Virus record (IMG/VR): IMGVR_UViG_3300017645_000183
Span: 1 to 40,005 of that record
Direction: 5' to 3' (one strand)
DNA length: 40,005 bases
Source of the DNA: a virus
Taxonomy: Duplodnaviria; Caudoviricetes
Shown: positions 17,847-26,497 of the stretch, piece by piece
How the letters are laid out: each line of letters opens with the position of its first letter
How positions within the stretch are numbered: the first letter of the stretch is position 1
Position numbers and translations under genes: made by a program
The notes under the pieces: model-generated
Database searches by the model: none
Seen by the model: the letters and a program-made list of their open reading frames with translations, nothing else
Told to the model about the DNA's origin: nothing

Positions 17847-18812
17847 CTAGGCGGCATTCTGGATCTGGTAGCCAACGTCTTTCGCGCAGACGATCTCGCG
17901 GACCCGCTCACCGACGCGAACAACCTCACCGCCTTCCAGGCCGATATAGGGATCAGGGATCGAGCCGGAGATTTTGCCGCCATATTCTGCAGTGAAGCCC
18001 CAGGTGATCGTGGCGTCGTCGGACTTCTGCTTCGCCTTATCGAGATAGAGCAACTGGATCGAATTGCCCCATACACGGGAGAGCTGCGGGTTCTGACCTT
18101 TCCGTGCCGTATTCAGCATCGCCTCGCCGATCAGCAGATTTTCAAGCTTGATCTCGAACAGATCGGCGAATTGCTGGCGCGTTATGGCACCGTCTTCGGC
18201 CAGGCCGCCCTTGACGGCTTTGATCAGACGCGGGTGCTTCTTCAGAACGTTCCAGACGCTGAAGCCCATGTTGATGGTGTTCGGGCGATAGACGAGTGTC
18301 TTGCTGAAGCCTTCATCGATCACGCCATAGGGGTCCGAATTCGCGTAGTCCGAGAACTTCGCGGTGCCCGCGAGCGCGATCTTCTTGTCGCCGGCATAGT
18401 TGTTGGGGTCCTGCACGACGCGTGCCACGCGCACCTCGCGATCGAGCGTGATAAGGTTGGTCAGGCCCTCGGTGGCCGATGCCTTGGGATCGAACAGAGA
18501 GCGCTTTTCGGCGCGCGCGCGGGCGGCCGCCCGAATGTCCGAGTTTGGGACCGCATCCTCCAGGCCGTAGTCCTTCACCGAGCTGTCGCGCTCTTCCATG
18601 GTGAACTCGACGCGGTTTACACGCCCGGTGCGGCCGACCTCCGTTTCGGGAACGGTGAAGCCCTCGGCGAGCGGGTATTCCGACCACTTGAACTGTTCCG
18701 ACAGCACCTGAAGTGGCGGCAGGACGCGATCGGCAATGAGAGTATGGGCGGGGTTGCGGTACCCGATCGCGATCGCCGTCAGCGTCGGATCGATGGGAAA
18801 GGGGCGGTTCAT
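17847..18812 (-). CDS. Major capsid protein
   Basis: 321 aa; PFPIDPTLTAIAIGYRN...IADRVLP N-terminus typical of Mu-like cap_E capsids; follows the decoration gene. Confidence 0.9.
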   Translation of the reverse strand: MNRPFPIDPTLTAIAIGYRNPAHTLIADRVLPPLQVLSEQFKWSEYPLAEGFTVPETEVGRTGRVNRVEFTMEERDSSVKDYGLEDAVPNSDIRAAARARAEKRSLFDPKASATEGLTNLITLDREVRVARVVQDPNNYAGDKKIALAGTAKFSDYANSDPYGVIDEGFSKTLVYRPNTINMGFSVWNVLKKHPRLIKAVKGGLAEDGAITRQQFADLFEIKLENLLIGEAMLNTARKGQNPQLSRVWGNSIQLLYLDKAKQKSDDATITWGFTAEYGGKISGSIPDPYIGLEGGEVVRVGERVREIVCAKDVGYQIQNAA

Positions 18813-18883
18813 GTTTCAGCTCCAAAGCCGTTGAGGCGAAAGGTTCGGTGCCGAGCGGCCGGAGCCGCATCGGCAAGGATCGG

Positions 18884-19255
18884 TCAGATTGCCGGGATGA
18901 TGCCGGGAACCACATTCAAAGGGATGATGTCGTCGGGGCCACCATCGGCCATTGCGTAGCCGACGATCCGGACATCCGTGCCGGCCGTGGGCACGGCGGG
19001 AACAGCATGGCCGTTGGCATCGGCCGTCAGAGGATCGCCGAAGGCCACATTCGCGCCGACACGGACTTCGCCCCAGCCCAACTGGACAACGTCGCACATG
19101 CCCCCAGCCGGCGCGCCCATGCTGTCGGACACGCCCAGCGACTTGGCACCGGCGCCATTGGCGGTGGTGCTTTCGCGAACGGATTGCGCCGCCACGATGA
19201 CATGGCCAGCAATAGCGGCGGCCGCGCGAAAGCTCTTGATCAGGATTGGCGTCAT
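18884..19255 (-). CDS. Capsid decoration/cement protein (DUF2190-like)
   Basis: Start MTPILIKSF at 19255 (ATGA overlap with the protease stop); GANVAFGDPLTADANGHAV motif. Confidence 0.8.
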   Translation of the reverse strand: MTPILIKSFRAAAAIAGHVIVAAQSVRESTTANGAGAKSLGVSDSMGAPAGGMCDVVQLGWGEVRVGANVAFGDPLTADANGHAVPAVPTAGTDVRIVGYAMADGGPDDIIPLNVVPGIIPAI

Positions 19256-19854
19256 TTCTGGTCCTTTACTGTCAAGACGGCTTCGGCCATCGAAACCGTC
19301 CGGCCGAGCGCGGCCTGTTCGTCCTGGTACTTGCGAGCCTTTGCGGCGAGCGCGTTGGCGTCCTGGCTGTCGGTCACCGTGGTGACCTCGCGGCCGTCCA
19401 GATCGGACGGCGCGGCGATCACCGGCAGTGTCCTGACCAGATTGTTGAAGCGTTCCAGGCCACCTTCGGCCGCGCACATGGCCCGGTATTCCTCGCGCGA
19501 GGCCGGCGTGATCTTGCCCAGGCGCGTTGCGTCATCGAGCGCATCATCGATCGCCTTGTCATTGGACGCGATCTGGATGGCGGCGAGCGCAGTCTTGGTG
19601 TCTGCCAGCTCCTTGCGGACAGCGGCGAGCTCGGACGCGGCAGGCCCATTCTGGACGGCGGCGAGTGCCGTCGCCGTATCCTCGGTCAATTTTGCGATGG
19701 CGGCGGTGATGGCGGTGGTATCGGAATTGCCGACATCGAGCTTCAGCGCCTGGCACACAGCGGTGCGCTCATTCGCACGTGCCGTGATCGCATCGAGAAT
19801 CGCTTTTTCGTCGGCGGTTTCGGCAAGGCCGAGGGCCCTGGCAATGGCCTTCAT
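19252..19854 (-). CDS. In-frame internal scaffold protein (Mu gpZ-like)
   Basis: Internal ATG (MKAIARALGL) preceded by ACGGAGAAAACTGAC; same nested arrangement as Mu I/Z. Confidence 0.7.
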   Translation of the reverse strand: MKAIARALGLAETADEKAILDAITARANERTAVCQALKLDVGNSDTTAITAAIAKLTEDTATALAAVQNGPAASELAAVRKELADTKTALAAIQIASNDKAIDDALDDATRLGKITPASREEYRAMCAAEGGLERFNNLVRTLPVIAAPSDLDGREVTTVTDSQDANALAAKARKYQDEQAALGRTVSMAEAVLTVKDQK

Positions 19855-20325
19855 GTCAGTTTTCTCCGTTGAGTGTTGTTCTCGGCTGAGAGCGGTCAGC
19901 TCCAGCGCCGGACGATTGACGAGGCCGGCACCGTTGAGGCGCGTGATCCGGCCGTCCGGCCGATACTGGAAGTCGGGCGACAGGAAGCGATATTCGCGTT
20001 CGGCGATCATCTTGGCCGCTCTGGCGGTCCATTCGACCCGGCCCCACACCGCTCCATCACGTTCCTGCAGCTCGACGATCCAGCCTGCGGCAGGCGCTTC
20101 TTGTCCATTCGGCGCCAGATGCGCCTGGGCATGCTCATAGTCGATCGCAAGCGGACCATGGTTGGCAGCGAATGCCGCCAGGACGCCAGCCGGGTTCGCC
20201 GTCCAGGTGCGGCCGTCGCGCGCATCGATACGAGGGCCGGCCGGGAACAGCTCCACCCATTCGGGCGCATCCTTCTCGGAAGCAAGGTCGGTGTGGAAAG
20301 TGGCTCTTGCGGTCGCGTTCGTCAT
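19252..20325 (-). CDS. Mu-like prohead protease I (with scaffold C-terminus)
   Basis: WVELFPAG, RDGR, IDYEH, APAAGWI, VEWT, YRFLSP and GLVNRPAL motifs. ATG 20325 is preferred over TTG 20334. Confidence 0.92.
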   Translation of the reverse strand: MTNATARATFHTDLASEKDAPEWVELFPAGPRIDARDGRTWTANPAGVLAAFAANHGPLAIDYEHAQAHLAPNGQEAPAAGWIVELQERDGAVWGRVEWTARAAKMIAEREYRFLSPDFQYRPDGRITRLNGAGLVNRPALELTALSREQHSTEKTDMKAIARALGLAETADEKAILDAITARANERTAVCQALKLDVGNSDTTAITAAIAKLTEDTATALAAVQNGPAASELAAVRKELADTKTALAAIQIASNDKAIDDALDDATRLGKITPASREEYRAMCAAEGGLERFNNLVRTLPVIAAPSDLDGREVTTVTDSQDANALAAKARKYQDEQAALGRTVSMAEAVLTVKDQK

Positions 20326-20358
20326 GGGCGACAAACTTGCGTATTCGCCCTATGCCCG

Positions 20359-20376
20359 CGACACTGACACTGTCAG
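20359..20376 (-). promoter_or_regulatory. Putative late-promoter activator site (head operon)
   Basis: CGACACTGACACTGTCAG; one of three copies. Confidence 0.75.
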
Positions 20377-20380
20377 TGCC

Positions 20381-20413
20381 AAAAAAGTGGCCCCGCGACA
20401 TGATCACGGGGCC
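20381..20413 (-). terminator. Rho-independent terminator
   Basis: Minus strand GGCCCCGTGA-tcatg-TCGCGGGGCC followed by ACTTTTTT. Confidence 0.8.
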
Positions 20414-20526
20414 GGCAACTCAACTTTCCACCAAAATTGAGGGCCTTTGGAGGGCCGCCTGCGCGCGCCAGGGGTCAAACGGGCAGGTCGGGACCCTCCA
20501 GGTGTAAATGGCGCTCCACGGGCTTG

Positions 20527-20988
20527 CTATTCATCGTCCTCGCCCGTGAGTTGCTCCGCCACCTCGGGAAAGGTTGGCGCCAGACCAAGTGCCTGCTCGC
20601 ATCGGGTGAAATCCTTGCGGAAATAATCCGCATCGTCATCGAGCGTTGCATCTCCGTTGCCCTTCAGGAACCGTTGAAGCTTCTCCGTCATCCCTTCGAG
20701 ATCGGCGGCCGCCTCGTGGCATGGCATGAAGACCGCATATTCGGCTGCGCTCTTACCGAGCAACTCCAGCCAGTCGGATTTTGCTTTCGTGACGGGTGCC
20801 GTGACTTCCCGCGACAGTTTCGCATGGACAACTGTCGGGTCCTTGCCGGCTTCCTGGAGGAGCTGAAGAAACGCGGCCGAGCTGCGGGCAACGACATCAT
20901 AGAGATTCCTGCTGTCCTCCGTGGCGTCCGCGTGGGCCACGGAACAGGACAGTGAAACGGCCGCAATGGCCAGTGCGGTTTTATGCAT
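20527..20988 (-). CDS. Hypothetical exported protein (moron-like)
   Basis: Start MHKTALAIAAVSLSCSVAHA, a Sec signal with an AxA site; two Cys in the mature part; TATACT upstream at 21022-21017. Confidence 0.7.
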   Translation of the reverse strand: MHKTALAIAAVSLSCSVAHADATEDSRNLYDVVARSSAAFLQLLQEAGKDPTVVHAKLSREVTAPVTKAKSDWLELLGKSAAEYAVFMPCHEAAADLEGMTEKLQRFLKGNGDATLDDDADYFRKDFTRCEQALGLAPTFPEVAEQLTGEDDE

Positions 20989-21038
20989 GAAAGCCCCCCG
21001 AGCTTGAAACGAAGCGAGTATAGGCGCATATTGATGGT

Positions 21039-21112
21039 GGGCGCGAGCCATTCGCGTTTAACCAGGACGGTGCTCAGCCGGCTCTGTGAGGAAGTGACGA
21101 CCCTCCGCGCCC
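21039..21112 (-). ncRNA. Candidate structured RNA element downstream of the MuF gene
   Basis: 7-bp closing stem GGGCGCG/CGCGCCC enclosing a GAGGG/TCCTC hairpin and an AGCCG/TGGCT stem. Confidence 0.4.
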
Positions 21113-21116
21113 TTTT

Positions 21117-22325
21117 TCATTTCAGCCTGCTGCCGTCGCGTTCGCCCTTGGCAATCTGGCGCATCACGTCCTTCTCACTCTTGCGGTGCATGCTGACGAG
21201 CCACCACTCCAAGCCATCCTGCGCCGACTTCACCACCGTCCGCCACCACTTGCCTTTGACCAGGCCATAGAGTGCCACGGCCCTGCCGCGCGCAATCGCG
21301 GCTTCGGGGTCCAGCATCACTGCGATGGCGTCCCGATAGTCCTCGGTTGTCAAAGCCCGGTCGGAATGGTCATGCAGCATGTGCTCGACACCAGCGGCGG
21401 ACAGCCGAACCGTGCGGGTTCTTGCGCCCATGGCCTGGACAACCGCAACCGGCAATTGGGCTACTGGCATGAAGCTATCGGTCGGCATGCGCCTTTCAGC
21501 CAGGGCCTTGAGGATCGGTGAGCCCACTATATCCTCGATAGCAACTGCCCGGCGATAGTCGGGCATCTCCTCGACCTTGCCGTGAAGCAGTTCGGAGAGG
21601 TTTCTACCGCGACTGACGCCGGGATTTGTCTGCCAGCCCGGATCGATACCCTCCGGCACCCAAACAACCTCGCCGGTGCGCTTGTTTGTCCATTTGCGCA
21701 TGACAATCTCGGGCGCTGGCATTCCGTCGGTGTAACCCAGCCGGCGAGCCTCGCCAGCCGATATCTGCCGCACCCCGCATTGGCAGCCCCAGCCATTAGG
21801 CGGATAGTGTGTGTGCCACCATTCGTGATCCACCGGCAAAACCGTGCCGACCCAGCTTTCATGCTCCTCTCTGCGATGAACCGCCACCGACAAGGTGTAG
21901 ACGAGGAAGGGCAGGAACCGCTTGTTGCGCTGGGTACGTTCCCATTCGCCGGCGGCGTAAGCTGAGCGCACATTCGCCCAATAGATTGTGCGCAGCCGGC
22001 GCGGGCTGCCGAGCTGGACCAGCTTCTCGACACCGTCTTGCGGATCGAACGCCCTTTGCTTTCCCCACCATCCCTTCTGTTGCAGGATCGGCGTCAGCTT
22101 TCGCGCAAATTCATCATAAGGCACGCGGGTGACAATCGCGTCATCCGTAGCGGCCCGGATGTCATCGAGGATGTCGTAGCCGGCGGACTTCGCAACGGTC
22201 CACGAGAATGCGTGCTCCTGCGGAGCCACGTCACGCCAGTCGAATGTCGGGATCGAGCGCTTGGCACGAAAATAGCGAACGACCTCGGCCGGGGCGGTCT
22301 TGAACAGATCGGCGTCATCGGCCAC
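21117..22325 (-). CDS. MuF (gp30) minor head protein with C-terminal BECR/PBECR-like extension
   Basis: MuF motifs RRLRTIY..N...AYAAG, HYPPNGWGCQC and GIDPGW..NPG; about 160 extra residues follow the MuF core. Confidence 0.88.
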   Translation of the reverse strand: MADDADLFKTAPAEVVRYFRAKRSIPTFDWRDVAPQEHAFSWTVAKSAGYDILDDIRAATDDAIVTRVPYDEFARKLTPILQQKGWWGKQRAFDPQDGVEKLVQLGSPRRLRTIYWANVRSAYAAGEWERTQRNKRFLPFLVYTLSVAVHRREEHESWVGTVLPVDHEWWHTHYPPNGWGCQCGVRQISAGEARRLGYTDGMPAPEIVMRKWTNKRTGEVVWVPEGIDPGWQTNPGVSRGRNLSELLHGKVEEMPDYRRAVAIEDIVGSPILKALAERRMPTDSFMPVAQLPVAVVQAMGARTRTVRLSAAGVEHMLHDHSDRALTTEDYRDAIAVMLDPEAAIARGRAVALYGLVKGKWWRTVVKSAQDGLEWWLVSMHRKSEKDVMRQIAKGERDGSRLK

Positions 22326-22327
22326 GT

Positions 22328-23929
22328 TCAGGCATCCTCGCCTATGTCGCCCAGCCCGCGCGCCTTCATCATCAGTTTTGCCAGCCGATCGGCCAGCGGC
22401 CCCGCATCCAGCTTCGCCTCCAGGTCTTCCAGGCCGGTCAGCAACTGCTCGTAGCTGGTGGAGCGCGCGAAGAGGTCTCGAAGGGGCTTAAGCAGCGGCT
22501 CAAGGTCGCTTTCCCAATCTGCGAGTGCGTCATCGACCAGCTCGTCCAGCGCATCACGCTGATCGGCCGCGACAGCATGGAAGCCGCCGCAATGCGGGCA
22601 CGCCGACTGCAGGCGTGCCTGGGCATCGCCGGCCGACTTCTCCGGCTCGCTTGGCGCGGTGTCGACCTTCAGCGCCGCGCTCGGGCGCATCAGCTTGGCG
22701 CCCTCCTCGGGCTTGTCGAAACCGAGGCGTCCTCGGACATCCTCCATGGCGATCTCAAGGCCACGGTCGACCAGGCGTTCCACGGACTCGGCCATGGTCT
22801 TGATATCTTCGTTCTCGGTGATCGGGATGACGACGGTCGGATATCGGCGCTGCGGGCCGTAGTTCAGGTCCACGAAGGGGCGGATCAGATCGCGGTTCAT
22901 GGTGACTGCGACCTGACGGGCATCGGCGCGCGCGATGTCGTGGCGGACATTCTCGTGGATTTGTGCCTGCGACAACGACGAGCCGTCGTCGGTGGACATG
23001 GTCTGTCCAAGCACACCCTTGGACACCTGCTTGTCGAGATACTCGGCCTTTGAGCCAAAGAGCCCATTGCCGGAACCGCCCTGGACCTCGATGAACTCGA
23101 TTTCCATCTCTTTCGGGATGATCGCCGCCGCATCGGTGGAGATGTCCCGCACCGCCTGGAGCAGGATGCGGCGGTCCTCGTGGCTGGCGCCACGGCCGAA
23201 CTTGCCGACGCGCAGCGGCATGCCGTAGACCTCAAGGAACGCCATCCAGTCCTTCAGCGTATAGCTCTTGAACAGGAAGGCCCATGCTGCCAGCCGCGCG
23301 AGCCCGTTTCGGATCGGCAGGCCGGATTTGAGCTTCGGGCGATGGATGGAAAATTTGAACGGCGGAAGGTCTATGCCGGTGGTGGGCGCGTCCGGGTCTT
23401 TCAGGCGCAATGTGGTTCCGTCGACCTGGTCAATGAGGAAATGGCGTTGGTCGCGGCGCTTGTATGCCTTGGGCCACCATTCGCGCGCGGTGCGATCCCA
23501 TATGGTTTCAACCGCAGAAAAGCCCTTGCCGAGACCATCCAGGAGGTCGGCCGTGTAGTCATCTGGAAATTGCGGCTCCTCGATCACGTCGCGCACCGCG
23601 TCCGCTATCCTCTGATCGATTTTGCTCTTCGAAGCGGCAACGACGATCGGCGCCACACCGGTAATGGCGAGCTTGCGTGTGCCAAGCACAGAGCGGTAGT
23701 GCAGGTCCCGCTCCTCCATTTCCTCAGCCAGCGCAAAGAAGCGGTCAGGGAAGCCACGTGCGGCCTGGACCAGTATTTCCGACATCGCCACAGGATCGAG
23801 ACCGGCAACAACCGTTTCGGTCCAGACGCTGCGCACGCTGCCCAGCGTGGGGGCTGCGATCTCTTCCTGCAACAGCGCGGTGCTGATGGGGTTGCCCCAC
23901 TGATCGATGATTTTCGGTGTTTGGGCCAT
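22328..23929 (-). CDS. Portal protein (Mu gp29 / DUF935)
   Basis: EEMEERDLHY.SVLGTRK, FLEVYGMPLRVGK and SKGVLGQTMSTD motifs. Confidence 0.93.
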   Translation of the reverse strand: MAQTPKIIDQWGNPISTALLQEEIAAPTLGSVRSVWTETVVAGLDPVAMSEILVQAARGFPDRFFALAEEMEERDLHYRSVLGTRKLAITGVAPIVVAASKSKIDQRIADAVRDVIEEPQFPDDYTADLLDGLGKGFSAVETIWDRTAREWWPKAYKRRDQRHFLIDQVDGTTLRLKDPDAPTTGIDLPPFKFSIHRPKLKSGLPIRNGLARLAAWAFLFKSYTLKDWMAFLEVYGMPLRVGKFGRGASHEDRRILLQAVRDISTDAAAIIPKEMEIEFIEVQGGSGNGLFGSKAEYLDKQVSKGVLGQTMSTDDGSSLSQAQIHENVRHDIARADARQVAVTMNRDLIRPFVDLNYGPQRRYPTVVIPITENEDIKTMAESVERLVDRGLEIAMEDVRGRLGFDKPEEGAKLMRPSAALKVDTAPSEPEKSAGDAQARLQSACPHCGGFHAVAADQRDALDELVDDALADWESDLEPLLKPLRDLFARSTSYEQLLTGLEDLEAKLDAGPLADRLAKLMMKARGLGDIGEDA

Positions 23930-25599
23930 CAGTGAAGCCCCCCTCTCAGGCTTGGCAGGATCGTGTCGACAACGCGGGCAAACATGGATGGCCGTTCGAG
24001 GTCTTGTGCCTCGCTGACCTTGGTGTAACCGAACTCTTCCAGCTCGGCCCGGCTTGCAAAAAAGGCCAGCGGACCAGCAATCGCCGTGTCGCCGTGGCGC
24101 TTGAAGCCGTCCGACCCGTCGAAGCGGTGATCGTCGGGCACCTTGATGATGCCGTTGACATAGGCGAGCGACTGATGGTCCTTCAGGACATCATCGTCCT
24201 TTGGCAGCACGATCGAGCCGTCGCCGAATGCCTCGATGTAAGGCACCATTTCGGCGCGATACCACTTTTCGGAAAGCATGACCTCGACAACGGTGGAGCC
24301 GTAGCGCTGCGCGGCCTTCTCGGCGAGGTAGGCGCCGTTGCCGGTCGCATCGAGCGCGCCGCCGGAAAGGCGCGGCAACCGGTCAGCGACATAGAAAAGG
24401 ATCTCGCGTTGCTGGTCGAAAGGAATGTTGCGCAGCTCCAGCACAAAGCAGGTGCGCCGCACCAGGTCGCGGCCGATCTCCATGGGCAGGATCACGCTGG
24501 CGTCGCCCTTGCGGGCAAAGTCCACCCCGAATACGTGCTGGCGCTGCGGATCGAGCTTTTCCAGGAGTGGCTTCAGCTCGCGTTCGCAGAACTCCAGGGC
24601 ATCGGCAGTGCGAACATGCGCCGGCGCATTCTTGAATTCGTCGGGCCGGTGCCAGCGAACGACAGGGATGCCTGCCTGCATGCACGCTTCGATCTGGACG
24701 CGGGTAAGAGCCGCACCCTCGGCCTCCATGGGGATCGCGTCCAGCTCCTGGCGCATCTGCGCGGTGCGCGAGCCATAGGAGTTGCGGATCTTCGCCGCCC
24801 AGGCGGCCTCGGCTTCCTCGGAATATTCCCACTCGCGCATGAGACACACGCGACGATAGAGGCCGTTGTCAACGGCGTCCTGGAACGGGATGTGATGAAC
24901 CCGAAACCCGTTCTTGCCGGCATTGGCCTCGCGGATCAGCTCGTTGAACGGATTGAGGATGCCGCCATGGGTGGAGATCACGCGGATCTTGCCGCCCCAG
25001 ATCAGCAGCGCGTTGACCGCGTCGATGACCGCGCGCACGTCGCGGTGATAGGCAGCCTCGTCAATGACCACGATGCCCTGAAGGCCGCGGATGTTGGCCG
25101 GATTGGAAGACAATGCTTCGACCCGAAAACCGGAGGCGAAGCGGACACGATAGGCCGATATGAACTTGGTCGAACCATCCTCGAGGCGGTCCTCGAACAT
25201 GAACTCCTCGACCTCTACCAGTTCCTTCGCGACGATTTTGGCGAAGTGGGCAACGTAGCCGATGAACTCCCGGCCCTTGTCTTTCGTGTCGCCGATATAG
25301 AAGACGTTGTCGCCGCCCTGGCCACGCGCCGAAGCCGCGATAAGGGTATCGTCCAGGGCCTCCGCGTAAGTGATGCCGGTGCGCCGACCCTTTTCCGCGA
25401 TCTTCAGATCGGAGCGATCTTCAAGCCACTCCTTCTGGTGCAGCATAAGGATGCCATCGGCCAGAGGATCATGATCCTCCGGCAGCTCGGAGCCGCGCGG
25501 CAGCTCGGGCGGAAGCCCCCCCGGATCGCGGGACAAAACAGGAAGCGCCGCCTTGAGGGCGGCGACGGAGACGGAGCTGTTGCCTTCTGCCGCCGTCAT
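23929..25599 (-). CDS. Terminase large subunit (Mu gp28-like)
   Basis: EKGRRTGITYAEA, Walker B VVIDEAAYH, ISTHGG..NPFN, GVDFAR.GD, DATGNG and RHGD motifs. Confidence 0.93.
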   Translation of the reverse strand: MTAAEGNSSVSVAALKAALPVLSRDPGGLPPELPRGSELPEDHDPLADGILMLHQKEWLEDRSDLKIAEKGRRTGITYAEALDDTLIAASARGQGGDNVFYIGDTKDKGREFIGYVAHFAKIVAKELVEVEEFMFEDRLEDGSTKFISAYRVRFASGFRVEALSSNPANIRGLQGIVVIDEAAYHRDVRAVIDAVNALLIWGGKIRVISTHGGILNPFNELIREANAGKNGFRVHHIPFQDAVDNGLYRRVCLMREWEYSEEAEAAWAAKIRNSYGSRTAQMRQELDAIPMEAEGAALTRVQIEACMQAGIPVVRWHRPDEFKNAPAHVRTADALEFCERELKPLLEKLDPQRQHVFGVDFARKGDASVILPMEIGRDLVRRTCFVLELRNIPFDQQREILFYVADRLPRLSGGALDATGNGAYLAEKAAQRYGSTVVEVMLSEKWYRAEMVPYIEAFGDGSIVLPKDDDVLKDHQSLAYVNGIIKVPDDHRFDGSDGFKRHGDTAIAGPLAFFASRAELEEFGYTKVSEAQDLERPSMFARVVDTILPSLRGGLH

Positions 25600-26195
25600 G
25601 AGCGCAGCCCCAACACCTGCTTGCGGATCTCGGCAGCACGTTCGCTGGAAAGGCCGGCGACTTTCGCCACGGTGTCGACCGTTTCCCCGACCTTGTCGGC
25701 AAATTCCTTCTCGACCTTCTGGCGACGGGCGGTCGAAACATTCTGAGCCTGCATTGCCCTGAAGAGGGCGCTGGCGAGCTGCTGTGCTTCCTTCGGCTCG
25801 ACGCCGCTGCGGCCGCGATCCATGAGCACCTCGTAGACCAGCGACTTGATTGCTTCGGAGGCGATCAGCGTTAGTTCGTCCGACGCCTGTGCGTTGAACC
25901 GGCCGGCGATCGCGCTGGCGATCTCGCGCGTCTCTTCCAGGCGGCGCGTCATCGCCGAAAGCCGCAGCGAGTAGCGGTTGAAGGCCGAGAAGGACGGGAT
26001 GACGAATTCCAGCTCGCCTCGATGCTCGCGCTTCAGCGTGTTCAGCGCGTTGAAGAACTCTTCGTATATGTCGAGCTGCGTCCGTTCGCGATCCTGAAGC
26101 GCCTGGGCGGCGGCGGCAACAATATGGTCCGCTTCCGATGGCAGCCGCTCGATCGCCGAAAGCTGGCCTCGGCCCTTGCGTCCCATGGCGGTCAA
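25596..26195 (-). CDS. Mu gp27-like / DUF3486 (putative small terminase)
   Basis: GRGQLSAIERLP and SFSAFNRY; precedes the large terminase. Alternative ATG at 26186. Confidence 0.8.
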   Translation of the reverse strand: MTAMGRKGRGQLSAIERLPSEADHIVAAAAQALQDRERTQLDIYEEFFNALNTLKREHRGELEFVIPSFSAFNRYSLRLSAMTRRLEETREIASAIAGRFNAQASDELTLIASEAIKSLVYEVLMDRGRSGVEPKEAQQLASALFRAMQAQNVSTARRQKVEKEFADKVGETVDTVAKVAGLSSERAAEIRKQVLGLRS

Positions 26196-26497
26196 TCCAC
26201 GTCGCTCGGGCGCTTCACGTCAGGCAGGAACCGGGCGCGATCGACATGCGCGCGGCCGGCCTTGCGGATCGTCGCGATCATGACGGTGCCCGCGATCGAC
26301 GTGCGGACAGCGGCCACCTCGCTCTCCAGCCACGTTAGCTGGTTGCGGATGAACTCGCGTGTCTTGTTGTAGCCGAAGCGTTCCAGCTCATACTGCAGCC
26401 GCCCCTCATGCATCGTGCCATTGTCTTCGGCAGCCAAGGCACGGAGGATGATCAGTCGAATGTCTTCGATGATGAACTGCTGATAGTCGTTGTTCAT
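26192..26497 (-). CDS. Mu gp26-like winged-helix protein
   Basis: EDIRLIILRAL...TREFIRNQLTWL...G..HV......DVKRPS; synteny. Confidence 0.8.
   Translation of the reverse strand: MNNDYQQFIIEDIRLIILRALAAEDNGTMHEGRLQYELERFGYNKTREFIRNQLTWLESEVAAVRTSIAGTVMIATIRKAGRAHVDRARFLPDVKRPSDVD

Noticed and set aside
23917-25746. 609-aa + strand ORF
   Set aside because: Antisense shadow of the terminase gene.
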